64,000 bases of DNA, taken from NCBI GenBank assembly GCA_001687465.1, contig LVLI01000084.1:248001-312000 (forward strand), written 5' to 3'. The position numbers and the translations under genes were made by a program. Positions within the stretch are counted from its first letter, which is position 1; every line of letters begins with the position of its first letter. Positions 24,020 through 36,737 of the stretch are shown here, piece by piece. Below the pieces are notes generated by a model. The model saw nothing but the letters and a program-made list of their open reading frames with translations. It made no database searches and had not been told where the DNA came from. The stretch is from Halocafeteria seosinensis. Lineage: Eukaryota.

Positions 24020-24470
24020 AATTGGGTAGTGTCCCTGGAGGTTCTCACAAACCAATGGTTTGGGTGGATACTGCTGAGTGAAGGGAGATGCTTCAGAAAT
24101 CAACACCAGAGTATTTGCTCCTAATAGATGTCATGCCTCGTCTGGTGCTTGTCTAGACACTGTAGGTCTACTGTCACAGTGTGGTCACAATTTCGTTGTG
24201 TCCCAGTTGTACTCTTCCATTGTGCTGCTCGCAACAAGGACTAAACTTCTTTTCTTATCCCAATCAGTTCCACTGCTAATATAACACGGAAGTCGCTCCA
24301 TTCAATCAACGGGACAACGATTATCAACCACACTCAGCACTCAGGCTTTAATAACCAATGGAGTGGCAACAAAACATAGTTTTCTTTCACTCGTTGCGTG
24401 AAGTTGTTGAAGTTCACACGTCCCTGGCCAAGCCCAGTCTGGGTCGTCTGTAGCAGGTCATTTACGAGCG
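24020..24470 (-). mobile_element. Decayed RLE-type (CRE-like) non-LTR retrotransposon fragment
   Basis: One minus-strand frame: VWLIIVVPLIEWSDFRVILAVELIG (from 24333) ... RNCDHTVTVDLQCLDKHQTRHDIY*EQIL (24195-24109), then *EPPG after a frameshift. Motifs fall in the expected order WL..P / F..L...LG / DH..C / TRHD / EP. Confidence 0.65.
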
Positions 24471-24544
24471 TTGTTGGACGTATTTCACCTCTCTGAAGAT
24501 TGGTTTCCACATGCCTCCGCTAGATACAAGCCAGGAAATTAAGA

Positions 24545-27500
24545 ATGCGTAGGAAAACGCCTCTGGCGCGGGCCAGCGCCAGTCGCAACAAGAAAACCGG
24601 ACAAGGTTTAAAAAAACGGGATAAGTTGGCCGACTTAGGCACTCACACCGCGGGGAAAAAGCGGTCCAGAAGAGATTTTAGTAGAACAGAGGACGACAGC
24701 GATGGCGATGAGGAGGGAGCTACCGGTAGTGGTAGTGAAGGTAGTGACAATGCAGAGGACCATTGTGATTCAAATGAGGACTCCGAGGAAGACAGTATAC
24801 CGAGTGCAGTGGGCAAACACCGGAAACAAACGACGACGAAACAAGTCTCTAAAGGGAGGAACAACAGTCGTTCTTCCTCAGTAAAGAACGCGCACCGAAA
24901 CCCCTCTGGAGACCGCCGGCAAGCCGCCTCATCGTGGAAGGCCTCAGATGATAGTGAAGAGAACGAGGTCATTGAAATAGATACAGACGACACGAAAGAA
25001 GTAAACCCGCGAAGGAATACTGGTAACCCACGTCTAGCGAAAAAGAATAAAACTGCTACTGCAAAATCCAGAAAGGAGGGTGATGACGACGATTCGTCGT
25101 CTGACGAACCGGCTGTCGCTTCCCGCCGAGCTAGTCGACTGACCGAAGCCGGGTCAGCCCATTCGCGGCAACCCTCGAAGAAAATGAAGGAACAGAACCA
25201 AGATGAAACTAGCAGCAGTAGTGATAGCGACGCGAAACTTACAGGAGGGAATCGCAAAGCACATTCCTCCCGCCTTTCTCGCGGAGGCCGCAATGTGTCT
25301 TTCAGGAGTGCAGCTACCAGAACTCGAGACGGAAACAACACAAACCATACCAAAGCAAACAAGGAGACAAGTAGCAGTAACGATGAGAACAGTTCTTCCG
25401 ATGAGAGTGATAGGCCTAGTACACGACAGTCATCGAGAATAAATGGTAGCTGTGTTCGACAAGTTTCCAAGGGGAAGTCCAATCTAAGGAAGCAGCCGCA
25501 GAGGGGAACGAAGGTCAGCTCTTATAGTAGTAATGTGTTTAGTGACGCTGGTAGAGGCAACGTTAGAAGAACGGTGAGGGATAGAAGATCCCCTCGTACA
25601 ATGAGCTCATCGACACCAACAGGATCCATAAATGAGTTGGACTCCATTGTGGAGTCAAGCAGAAAGGAATTTGATAAGTACGCTAAGGGTAAAACTTCTA
25701 AAGAAGGCAAACAAGGGGCCCATCGAGGATTCTTTGATACGGATTCCGAGGTAGAAACAGACGAATATGCACCAGAGAATCGTGAGCGCTCCGCCGGGGC
25801 AAAAAAACAAACTCGTAGGAACGGTAATGCTAAAAAGGGTAAGTCTTGCCATTTCGTTAGCCTGGTTTGTGCCAGATTGGGATATTGCCTTGTGCGAGTT
25901 TTCAGAAGATTCGTCCAACGAATCTGACGGTGACGAATCGGACGTGCCTTGTAAGATATGTGGCATACCGGATACAACAGATGCCAATGACATCGTATTC
26001 TGTGACAAATGTGAGCAAGGGTAAGTTGTGTTAATGCTTCCTCATTTATCACTCCTGCGACATGCCGCCTTCGAGCTTGTATCGCAGGTATCATCAACGG
26101 TGCTACGGATTTCCTCTTGCACGAGAAATTCCAGTTGGTTCTTGGTTGTGTGCAAGTTGTTTCGAAGCATTACCTTCAGATTCTAAACCCAAAATGGATG
26201 AGGCCGAGCGCGAAAACCGAGAGACTGATTATTTGCGGTCGACGGTAGATTTCGTGGCGGTGTGGGCTATGCTGTGGAGGATGCGAAGATTATTGAACAT
26301 AGAAAACATAACTATTCCCGTGAGTAGCAGAGTCATGCTTCTATGTAAGCACAGAATGTGTATAGTGAGTTGCTAACTGCAGGACCTTGAGCATGGGCTG
26401 GTTCATCCCATTTCAAGTGAGTTACTGACACACATCCACGTAAATCTTTTGAAGGGGCTCGGAAAGTATTTTGCTACGTAAGTTGCCTGATAGTTTCCTC
26501 CTAGTGACTATATGGCAGTGCGTCGTTGCTGCGCTGCAGTAGCTTAAAATGGCCCAAGCACGTTGAAGACTTATGCTGTCATCCTGACTGGACGGATGAA
26601 TTCGACGAAGTGTGGCGTCTCGGCTTAGGGCATATACCAAGTGAAAAAAAGAAAGCCCTACTGGAGGACGAAGATAATGACTTATCTAGTGAGGACGATT
26701 TGGACGATAAATGGGTCTATTTCGATCAGCCTATACGGGTTCGGTTAGCCCTGCTTAGAGTCTTGTGCGATCTACAATTGGTGTATAACCAACGTGTAAT
26801 CGAGTCTATTGAAAAGATAATGGATACAAAGTCTGAAGGTGCGAGGAATGCAGCTAATACTCTTGATGGTCGGAATCGCCGCTTTGAAGATGAGGTGTTT
26901 AAGAAGCTGGAAGAATTTAGCAGCAAGGATATGGTAAGTGTGCTGAAAGTGTTAAGACCTCCCGATGGAAGAAGATCAATTCTGCATATCTTATTCAGCG
27001 ATGGAGCCCTTTGTTCAAGGACGCAAACTCGTGGAAGTATATTCTCATTTGTGGTATGTGCGTCAATATCAATGGGTAGCAATTTTCGGGTAACCGCTTT
27101 CCTTCATCGTTGCAGACAATTCGTTGAATGCGCGCCTATGTCGATGGCGATACACACCTCCACGAGCTAGTGTTGCGAGGAATCCATCTCTACGTAATAT
27201 CGAACCTCCTCGCCCGAAGACTAAACGTGTGCATCCATCGTTTGATTTGTCGCGGACCTTTCATCTTAAGGACGGAGCGCATTTGGACCAAGAAAATAAC
27301 CTACTCGGAGGGGAAGAGAAGGGCAATGTAATAGATTTAGTCAACTCTGATTCTCCCGTCAGAAAAACTGGCGTGTTGAAGGATGCTCGTGAAGAGCGTC
27401 GACCGAGGGTGGAGAATAGTTTGCTTACATGGTTATGTCTCCCATCAGAAGGAACCAAGAAATTTGTTAACTCAAGAGGCGAGAATTCCTTGATTGCTTG

Positions 27501-28530
27501 TACCAATGATGCAGATATGTGCTTTGCCTCGAAAGAACTTGATGTTCCGATGCTCACAACTACCGGAAGTAATGCTGCCCATCGAAGTCGACAGACTCCA
27601 GTGAAAAACCCTTTAGAAAGATGGGTATCTTCGCAAGCGCGTAACACAGCTAACTCATCCACTCTACCGCAAAACGGAGTGGAAAGATGGATGGCTTCAA
27701 AGGCCTCAGCCGTGGCCCCGGCGAAGGGGGATTCTGGAATTGTAAAGAGGGACAGATCAAATGTAGCCGACACTGCAGATGATAAAGAGGAGAAAAGGCA
27801 GTCACGGATCGGGTGGGGAAAGTCGAGATTTGAAACTGTAAGCGTATCTCAAATCGTTTTCTCCATGCTTGGTATCATAAACTGGTATTTCTTTTTGCAG
27901 CTTTGTGCGACAGCGAGCGAGGTTCGGGCTTTCCACGAGATGATGGTTCATGTCGATCAGGGAGATTCCCCCAGTAAAGCCGCATTTCCCGAATCACCCT
28001 TGTCTAAATGGGATCTTTCTGAAGATCGTCAGCTTTCGTTGAAGGAATCGTTTCAGAGATTGACCTCTGGTGAGGAATTGGGGGCTAAACCTATTGATTG
28101 GCATTCTCTTACTAGTGCTATTGGCGACTATGTGCATGCCATTGATGATTTAGAAAGCAAGAGTAAGAGCAAAGAGAAAAAGCTAGAGAAGCTGCAGAAC
28201 ACGTTAGGCGGCTTCGGTGGCTCTATTGACCTATCAGAATATGCTTACGAGGGGGAAGACAAGGGAGAGCGATGCACACGCCACAGCGTGGACACCAGAG
28301 AAAGCAATTCCCGCAACAAACAGAACAATGCAGATGAAAGTGTTAAAGAAGAATTGGGAAGTGAAAGCGAAAGCAAAGATGAAACTGAGAGGGCACCGTC
28401 CGCGCCCCCCCAAGAAGCACAGGTAATTACTATTTCTTCGTCGTCGTCAGACGACGAGGAGGAAGAAGAGAGTAGTGGCGCTGATGAGGACGAAAATAGC
28501 AGTTCTAAGGCTGACATCGTCATCGACTGA
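24545..28530 (+). CDS. PHD-finger / DDT-WHIM chromatin protein (RSF1-like)
   Basis: C4HC3 PHD (CKICG...IVFCDKCEQGYHQRC...IPVGSWLCASC), DDT-like YLRSTVDFVAVWAML...LLTHIHVNLLKG and WHIM1-like PIRVRLALLRVLCDLQL; GT-AG introns. Confidence 0.8.
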
Positions 28531-28563
28531 ACGCTATTGAGCCACGTAATGTTACCGCACACG

Positions 28564-28609
28564 TTGTACAATTGTACAATTGTACAATGTGCAAGTCCAA
28601 CTTGTACAA
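28564..28609. repeat. Tandem copies of the palindromic octamer TTGTACAA
   Basis: TTGTACAA x3 at 28564-28587 plus a fourth copy at 28602-28609. Confidence 0.85.
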
Positions 28610-28619
28610 CTCTGTAGTT

Positions 28620-28845
28620 AGGTAATTGTTTCTAACATTTGCAAGACGAACATATAGGACTGCATCGGTAGTTTACTTTTTTGCTGGTGGCCGTGGCTGT
28701 CATAGTAAAGTAGATATCCGTGGCGTGTAAAACTGCTTGACTTAAGAATACAATACGAGTCGCCTACGAGTTCACATAACGTCCAGGGACTGAGTAACAA
28801 ATTGTTACCTACGGATTGTTTTGTTTTGGCCAATGCACACAACAT
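28620..28845 (-). mobile_element. Possible decayed RLE retrotransposon fragment
   Basis: LCELVGDSYCILKSSSFTRHGYLL resembles GD(H)..C......TRH..L. Confidence 0.3.
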
Positions 28846-28856
28846 TGCCGTTCAAA

Positions 28857-30265
28857 ATGTCATCTTCGTCTCCCTATCATGCCGAGGAGGCGGCAAGTCC
28901 TCCTAAGACATCACCTTCTTCATCCTCGCGTCAGGGTTCTCCAGCGGGAGATCGTCGACAAGTGACGTTTTTCGGAGACCAGGGGACTCCAGGTTTATCC
29001 CACTACAATGACCTCTCTAGTAGCTTCATGTCTGATGGATCTGACCGCGAACGAGACCCTAATGACTTGCTCCTACTTCGGCAATTTGAGCCAGCCTATG
29101 ATATTCAGGTACGCCAAAAGTCCTTGGTCCTCCTTATACCTCCTATATGTCAATTTCCCCTCATTTACAGGCATTACTGCGGTTTGCTGGACTTGGCCAT
29201 GAGATCGAAAATGTCCAGTACCCCATATTTGCTTCCACAGGTAGGCTACTAGAGACTGCAGTACAATGATGATGTTGTCGTGTGGTGGGATTCACAGTGA
29301 GGTTTTGATGATACCAGGTGAGCTTCCACAAGTAGTGGATGACAGGTTTATTATGGGACGCTTCAGCATCGTGGAATACCTCCGTCGGGTGTGTAGTGCT
29401 GATGGAGTTTTCTGGGAGCTATGAGGCCTTAGGCGTTGTAGTGGATGCAGGTACCGGGTGGGGATCTGGAGTATGGACTATCCGAGTTGGACAGGTGCAC
29501 AGTTCAAGCATTCGCCACAATGATACAAGGACCCCTAACAGATGCTGTGGTAAGTCTACAATGAGATGGCTTATATAAGACAAAAAACTAGGAGGTAGTG
29601 ACTGTGACTGGTTTGTGCAGGAGTTCTGCCAACACGTACTGGACGACGGCTATATGAAGCTATTAAGCAAAGCTACAGTTTTTCCTCTTTCACAAGTGAT
29701 ACCTGGATACATCAGGCGCAAGACGCTAACCTACCTCCAACGTAAAGGCTTCACAGATGAGCGATGGGTGAAGGATCGCGTTACACAATTATATCGATGT
29801 CTAGATACACTCCTCGGAGACAAAACCTTTTTCTTTTCAGAAGACGCCCCTGGGTCGTTGGATGCGCTCTTCTACGGTCATGCGGTGAAAGCTTTACATC
29901 AAAAACTTTTGAAACAGAGGTTGGATAAATTTCCGAGATTAGGGCGACTGTTCAGGCGTATCACCTTAACGTTTTTTCCGGATAAACGGTTTTTGCTAGG
30001 TCTAGAAAAGTTACCGAAAGATATGCTGGAATCGCTGGAGGTATCACCGATGGAAGAGGCTCCATGTGAGATACGAGTCGTCAACGACAACGTGTTCGAG
30101 CAAGAATGGGATAAACAGAGGAGGAAGTCCAGACGCGCACACTCTGGTTCGGGAAAGGATTCGATGATACAGAAAGCGGAAAAATACTTGCCTACTGTAT
30201 TCTTTGTTAGTTTCATTGGTATGGCATTAGTTCTCACTCGAAGAGGGATGTCCGCAGAGTCGTAG
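28857..30265 (+). CDS. Metaxin / GST-like outer mitochondrial membrane protein
   Basis: ALLRFAGLGHEIEN...GELPQV N-domain, CLDTLLGDKTFFFSEDAPGSLDALFYGH GST-C motif and a C-terminal hydrophobic anchor; GT-AG introns. Confidence 0.8.
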
Positions 30266-30735
30266 CCACGTTGCAGTTGTAGTCTGTAACTGGTTACGCG
30301 GGTACAGTTCAGGAACCGACGCAAGATTTGGGAAATAACCGCAAACATTTCCATTTCGGTCACCACTGGTGCGCAGACTATGGTTGTCTGTGTCAACATG
30401 CATGAACATGGCGTGACATGGAAGTAGAACTGGTACCCACTACCCTGGTAGGATAGTGGCACTGGTAGGACTCAACTCCCTTAGATTCTCACTATAGATT
30501 GCTATAAAAGGTTTCCTTGCCGAATGTACTTGGACCAAGGTAGTAACTGGCCGCGTACCTACCTTCTGCTGTCCTCCCATCCTCTGCTGGAAAGCCTGGC
30601 GACACTGTCGCCGCGGTTCGCAAAGAAGATAACGATTTGATTGTCCGGTTCGGAGACCATCCTCCTACACATGCAGCATCGCTTATCATCTAGTGTTGTG
30701 ATGGATATAGTTATTCTGCAAAATGTGTTTGCTGC
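30265..30735 (-). mobile_element. Decayed RLE-type (CRE-like) non-LTR retrotransposon 3' ORF fragment (knuckle + endonuclease)
   Basis: KHILQ...NTR**AMLHV*E...LLCEPR (30622-30611)...GTRPV (30559-30545), then in a second frame FYFHVT (30428-30411), APVVTE (30372-30355) and YRLQLQRG (ends 30265). Collinear with H..C/RH[DN]/EP/RPD/DVT/P.V.E/LQRG. Confidence 0.65.
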
Positions 30736-30787
30736 TTAGGTGAAGCATGGTGTGGATCAGCGTCATAGAGTAGCGGGGGAGTGTGCA

Positions 30788-33700
30788 ATGGATCGGTATA
30801 AACGCTTGAAGTGCCTGGGAGAGGGTGGCTTTGGCAAGGCCATTCTCGTCTGCGATAGGGAGAATCGGTCCAAGAAATATGTGGCCAAGGAGGTCAGACT
30901 CTCCCATTTATCCCAGAAGGACATCGACGATGCGCGACGAGAGGCTAGCTTCTTGAAGGGACTCAACCATTCCAACATCATAAAGTACGCCCCAACTTCA
31001 AATTGACGGACGCCATTGAGAATTCTAGTTCATTACGCTCGTTTATGAGGCGCAGGTACATCGATTCCTTCGAGGATAGGAGTTCCAGGAAGCTATAGTA
31101 TGTTTTGCTTGGAGGTATCGCACTTCTGCGGCATCGTACTGACGTATGTTTTGCAGTATTTTGATGGAATATGCGGATGGAGGAGATGTCAACAGTGTTG
31201 TCAAACAGTGTAAAGAAAAAGGGAAAACCTTATCCGAGGATGAAATTCTTGGTTATTTTGTTCAGATATGCCTCGGGCTGAAACACATACACGAGCAGCA
31301 TATTGTGCACCGCGACCTCAAGTCGCAGAATGTGTTCTTGACCAGTGGCGGGGTTGTGAAATTAGGGGATTTTGGTATTGCAAAGAACTTAGGATCTACT
31401 GAGCAAATGGCGAAAACGCAAATAGGTACTCCATACTATTTGAGGTAAGTAGCCTAAATCGTCACTTCTGCGAGGATCGGTACTTCAGCAGCATCTTCTT
31501 AACCTGTGCTACAGTCCTGAAGTATGCAACAATCGACCATACAACAAGAAGACGGATATTTGGTCCTTAGGAGTCATATTATATGAGCTTTGCGCTTTGA
31601 AGCTGCCGTTTCAGGCTCCGAATTTACCGTTGCTTGTTGAAAAGATTAACAGAGCTTCGTATGCGCCCTTGCCTCGGCACGCGTCAAAAGAACTATCTGA
31701 TTTGATCGGGCAAATGCTGCAAAGGAATCCTAGCGACAGACCGAATATTAAACAGCTTTTACTAAATCCGACGGTACAGGAAAGAATAAATGCGATGACG
31801 CAGGCATTGGATTCAAGAAGCTTTGGTCAAGCGATTCGTCCCACCTCTGCCGCTAACAACGGGAAGCGCGATGCTTCGGGGGCGGCAGCGGAACAACAGT
31901 CCAGTGACGAGGCGTCTGATGTTGACCAAACAAGTGAGGAGGAGAGTTCTGCGGCACAGTCCAGCGCTGAGGATGCTGAGGAGCCGGCAAAACGTTATAA
32001 TGAACGACGCCAGCAGAAACTGGTTCAGCGGGTAATGCAGGAAAAGGAACGGCGTAGAATGCAGCGACAAAGAGAAAAAGAACGGGAAGAGCGTCTCCGA
32101 ATGATGAGGCAGCAAAATACCAAGCAAGACCAGAAAGAACGGGAAGTTGCACGAAAAGAATATCAGAGATGGCTGGAGCGAGAACGGGAGAGAGAACGAC
32201 AGATCGAGAATGAAGCTATACGCCGCATGGAAAATGCTGAATCCGCAAAGAAGAATGCCTATGCGCAGCGGGAAGCTCAAATTAAACAAGAAGAAGAAAA
32301 GATGCAACAAGCGGTGGCTGCAAACATTCGCGAAAATCAAATGCGGCAACAAAGGAGGTCACCGTCGTGGGAACCTGAAGGCAGGGATAACAGCGCGTAT
32401 GATCAAGCTATCCGTCGCCAGTCTTCTGAAGGTCAGTATCCAGGAAACGCATCGCAACATGAGTGGGCTGGACAGGATCGAGGTATGCGCGGAAGAAGCA
32501 AGAGTGGTGGTGAAGAAACTGGTGTATACGAGGATCATGTTGCAAACGTTCGCGCTCAAGCCGAGCAACGTAGGCAGGAGCGAGATGCTGCCGCTATGGA
32601 CCAAGCCCGCAAGGCATTTTTTGAAAACAGGAAGGCCCGAGAAGAGATCAAAGCGAAAGTTGATGCTCAGTTGGGCCGCCCACACGCTAGTGCAAGTCCC
32701 GATTGGGAACAACAGAGTGATTCGTACCGGTCGCCGCAGAGCAATATCTCTTCTCCCCAGACACCAACGTGGTATGAAGATGATGAAGGCAACCCTGCAG
32801 TGGAACGTGTAAAAGCTCAACGGGCTAAGCGATTGCAGGAGCAACGCGAAGCCGAACAAGAGAGAATCCGAAGAGCCCATCAGCAAGCTGCGAGAGATAG
32901 AGCTGCTCTGAGAGAAAAAATGAAGGAAAGATCCGAAGCTCACGAAGAACAACAGGAACAACCAGAAGAGCAAGAGGAGATAGCTGCAGCGGATCAAGAA
33001 GCTGCTTATACGCATGCTGGTGAAAATTACTCTAATGCGTACTCGAAGACTTCTGCTGACGATGCTGCAAGTGCAGAGGTCAGTGAAGCTGATATAGAAG
33101 AAAGACGAGCCGCTCTTAAAGCTGTAATGGAGGGAGATGACGACTCAGCTGCAACTCCGGCGGCGTCTTCAGAGCAAGAGATGCCAGAAAAGAAGGAACA
33201 ACAGGAGCCATACAGAATTCCGCATCCTAATGATTTTGATGACCAAGAAAGGAGCGAGCCACCTCAGCAGGAAGCAACAAATGCTGCTTCTGCCCACGGT
33301 GGCCGGGTTCGTGAAGAGGAAGACACAGATTCGAAAGAAATTCAGGATGAGAAGGAACAACCTGTGGGAAAAGTAGTGGCTAAAGCCAGAGGAGGAGAAG
33401 CCATAGTCATTGATTGGGGAGATGACTCTAAGAAGAATGAAAGCCCGGACAATCCTGCAAAGGACGGTTTGGGGCCCTTACAACGGGCTGCTTTGAATCA
33501 TAAAAAGTCAATTCGCAAACAGCGGCCCTCGGCCAGAAGCACTAACCAAGGTTCACGAGCGAAGCAGAAGGCGAAACAAACACCACCGACTTATCCTGTA
33601 GATTTATATAAGAAGGAAGGAAAAGCGTCTGCCTCTCCCTCGCCTGTTGAAGGGAATCAATACAATACCGAGCCTGAAGGTAAACCTCCCCTGCCTCCTG

Positions 33701-34650
33701 CGAATTCTCAGCAACAACCGAAAAGGTACTCAAGAAAGGATAGCGCAAAACCTACATTGAGAAAAGGCAAAGAAGGGAAGGATTCTCAACGAAGTCGCAC
33801 GGAGAGAAAAGATTCAGATGATTTATCAGACGATTCCCTAAATCAAGAAGTTCGCCAGCCTGACGCAAACAGTACCACCGAAGCCCCTCGTGGTGAGGAC
33901 TCTACAAACGAGCCAGAAGATAGGTCGTCTCCCTCGAGCTCGTCTATCGCCGCTGCAATATCAAGAGCCCAGCAAGCAGCCGGTAACGTTAGGAAAATCC
34001 AAGAGAGGAAGTCGTCGTACAATCAGAGAAGGAGCTCTAGTTCCAGGAAGCATAACCAACACGATAGAGATGACAACGAAAGCGACAACTCCTTAAACCC
34101 GTCCGATGAAAAAGTTGTATCATTGGAGGTTGAAGCCGCTGGTATGCGTGACGACTTGGCAGAAATTCTCAGAATGGCCAGAGAAGCCGCTCAGCAGGTA
34201 AAGAGTGGGTATTCCAAAGCCCAAGGGCAAGCGAGTGGAAATAATCGAGAGATGGAAGAAGAAGAAGAAACAGAAGGTGACTTGAATCTTTCGTATACGT
34301 TCGACTTTGAGTCAGATTCTGATACGGAGGACAGTATCGACTTTCGCCCGCTTCCTTCATCTGTTGAAGCCTCCAGTCACAAAGACCCCGATGATGCGCA
34401 CCGCGGAAAGGCTAGTAAAGATGCTGCGGGTCGATTACGCGCTTACCTTCAAGATTTTGTTGGAAAGAGCGAGTTTGACATGGTATATAAAAAGATCAGA
34501 ACTTGTTGGAATAAGGGAGGTGATGACAGTGCACAATTAGATAAAGTGTGCGAAGTTCTTCCCCCGCTAGCTGCCAAACAGTTTTTTCCTCTGTTGCAGA
34601 GATTACTGCAGCATGAGGACCAACTGGGTGAGCGTTCCTTGGAAGAGTGA
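30788..34650 (+). CDS. NIMA-related kinase (NEK1-like) with long coiled-coil tail
   Basis: LGEGGFGKA, YVAKEV, MEYADGGD, HRDLKSQNVFL, DFGIAK, QIGTPYYLSPE; five exons. Confidence 0.93.
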
Positions 34651-34995
34651 TTACGAGTTGCACACTATGTAGGACTGTTTCAGTATGTTCATTCTGCGGC
34701 GGTGTTTCCAGATCCGTTGTAGCCACACTATCCGAACTAACCTGAAAGTGTTCCGTATAAATATCACCTCAATGAGCACTTTCACAATGTGCTTCAGACA
34801 CTCTGCATAGCGGTGTTACTATCCATATGGTTGCCGTAATCTTTGTGAATCAAACTGTGATGGCGTCCGCGACCTGTGCTTCGTTTGAAGTCCAAATTGA
34901 CCGTCCAATTCAAATGGAGTCGTTAACGACGGACAAGTAGTATTGTCGTGGCCAGAACGAATCGTCATGTAATCATGTAATACTGGTTTTTCTAT

Positions 34996-35738
34996 ATGAA
35001 GCGCGTGCATGTATGCAAATGGCTTACGATTCTGTACCGTCTATACCTTGTACGCGCCAGCAAGCATGGCATGTATTTCGCGAGTACGCTGCACAGCACC
35101 ATGGAAGCGATGCTCAGCAGTCAGGAACTGATTCCTGTCCTTCATCAGCTATGCGTGTGGACCGTCGGGGAGCTAAACTTTTTATATGGACCATAACTGG
35201 GTATACCCCTCTGACGGTACGATGAACTTGAGGTGAACTTGCATGATTGCGTTTGAATTCTCACTCGTACATGAGGATGCAGTACGAGATGGAGCAGCTA
35301 TTTGGTCCTACAGCAACGGGAGCAGGAAGTTTGTACCTAGATTTCGAGCCCTTGTGGAACTTTATCGTCAAGCGCACTCACGGTCAACGGCATGACACTT
35401 CTGACACGCGGTGTGGGTCCGCAGATGAAGCGTACAACGCCATCGTACATCTATGTGGTGGTAAGGACAGTATAAGCATATCTGAATTGATCAAGGTAAG
35501 ATCTCTACCATATATTCATTCGGTAGCATGTTTTAACTAGTGCTTGGTGCAGTTAAGCGAAGAACTTGGGCTGCAGTTACCTCCTCGCTCTATCGAGGTA
35601 GCTGTTCAAATGGGGAACAAGGGTCAACACAAATCCAAGGAAGCCCGAGAAATAACTCTTGATAAGGGGTCTTTATATTTTGTATTGAAGCAAGGGTGGT
35701 GCACGGTCGATGCTTCGCATTCTGAATTGAGTCGTTGA
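34996..35738 (+). CDS. EFCAB11-like small protein with degenerate EF-hands
   Basis: Exons join through GT-AG introns. VDRRGAKLFIWTITGYTPLTYEMEQL and QLPPRSIEVAV resemble EFCAB11 (LSREDFKTAVVMLFGYKPSKIEV, KLPERTVLEVF). Start codon uncertain. Confidence 0.5.
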
Positions 35739-36079
35739 TATCAAGGCGGTAGCGTACGGGGTAGTGTGTTGATACCTAGTTCTAGTCAAGGACGCAGCCC
35801 TGGTTACGTTGTAGATGACGATTTTGGTGACTCCCTTGGCGAAACCTAGTGATTACTAGATGGAGTATGATAGACTTGAACTTGTTATCTTGAACTCCTA
35901 TAGAGAGTAACGTAGCATGCGGATTAAACCGCACTAATATTCCCTTCTTATGCTTCGACTTTGTTAACAGCTATTGTTTGAAGCATCTCAGGGCTCCGAG
36001 AGGAAAATGGTCAAAATTCAAAAGTGGAGCTGTTTCTGCTACTTGCTACAGCTTTGTACCAGGGTATACGGGTGATAAA

Positions 36080-36700
36080 TTTCGTTAAGAGTTTGCGTTG
36101 TACGGTGAAGAACTGGAAAGAGGAGTTCTTGGCTACGGCAGAATGCGTGACGACAAAGATGGGGTTATGAGACCGGCGCACTCCTCGGCTATCTCAGCAG
36201 ATCACATAGAGTAAAACGACGAGCCGTTTTTAACCTTTGTCGGAAGCGCTTTGGACTGCCTAAGATGAAGCGTTTTTGATAGCATAATCGCATTGGCGTC
36301 GAAGGACGAGGGTGAGCAAGAGGAAATTTGTCCAAATGAAAATCAGTACAACGCTTGTATGCGAAGAATGTGAGGAATACTACCAGTAAGAAGGTGCTAT
36401 ACATGGAATGTTACAGTCCTCAGCAAAGCAATACACTCATTGACTTAATAAGAAACGAATTGAATTTCAACATCCCAGCTCAACTTCCACCGTCAAACCT
36501 TGTGTGTGTATTCAACTTCCACCGTTTGTTTGTAGTCCTTTGGTCCAAGTTTGGAACTTAAAGTTCAGTCCGCGGCTTCACACTGGTACTTCAACCATGA
36601 GGCAGACGTTAAGCTCCAGGGACTATAGTATAGTATACGGATTGCACAATATTGTGATTTCCATAGGAAGCAGTATCTCGAGCGCATTAACCAATGGTCT
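36080..36700 (-). mobile_element. Decayed RLE-type non-LTR retrotransposon fragment
   Basis: DHWLMRS (36699-36679) then, after a frameshift, NHNIVQSVY (36659-36633) and SVKPR; distal FFTVQR near 36100. Resembles DH...C/RHN.V/EP/TVQR. Confidence 0.5.
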
Positions 36701-36737
36701 ACGGCTTTGAACCGTGCATGGCAATAGATTCGTGAAA

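Noticed and set aside
17314..33015. Many 100-280 aa ORFs antisense to or overlapping the large genes (e.g. 24643-25482, 22508-23098, 32359-33015)
   Set aside because: Ser/Leu/Phe-rich shadows of acidic or low-complexity sense ORFs, with no domain signatures.
34700..34900. Further relic (PYG**HRYAEC, minus strand) upstream of the EFCAB11-like gene
   Set aside because: Too degenerate and no RH[DN] motif; not counted.
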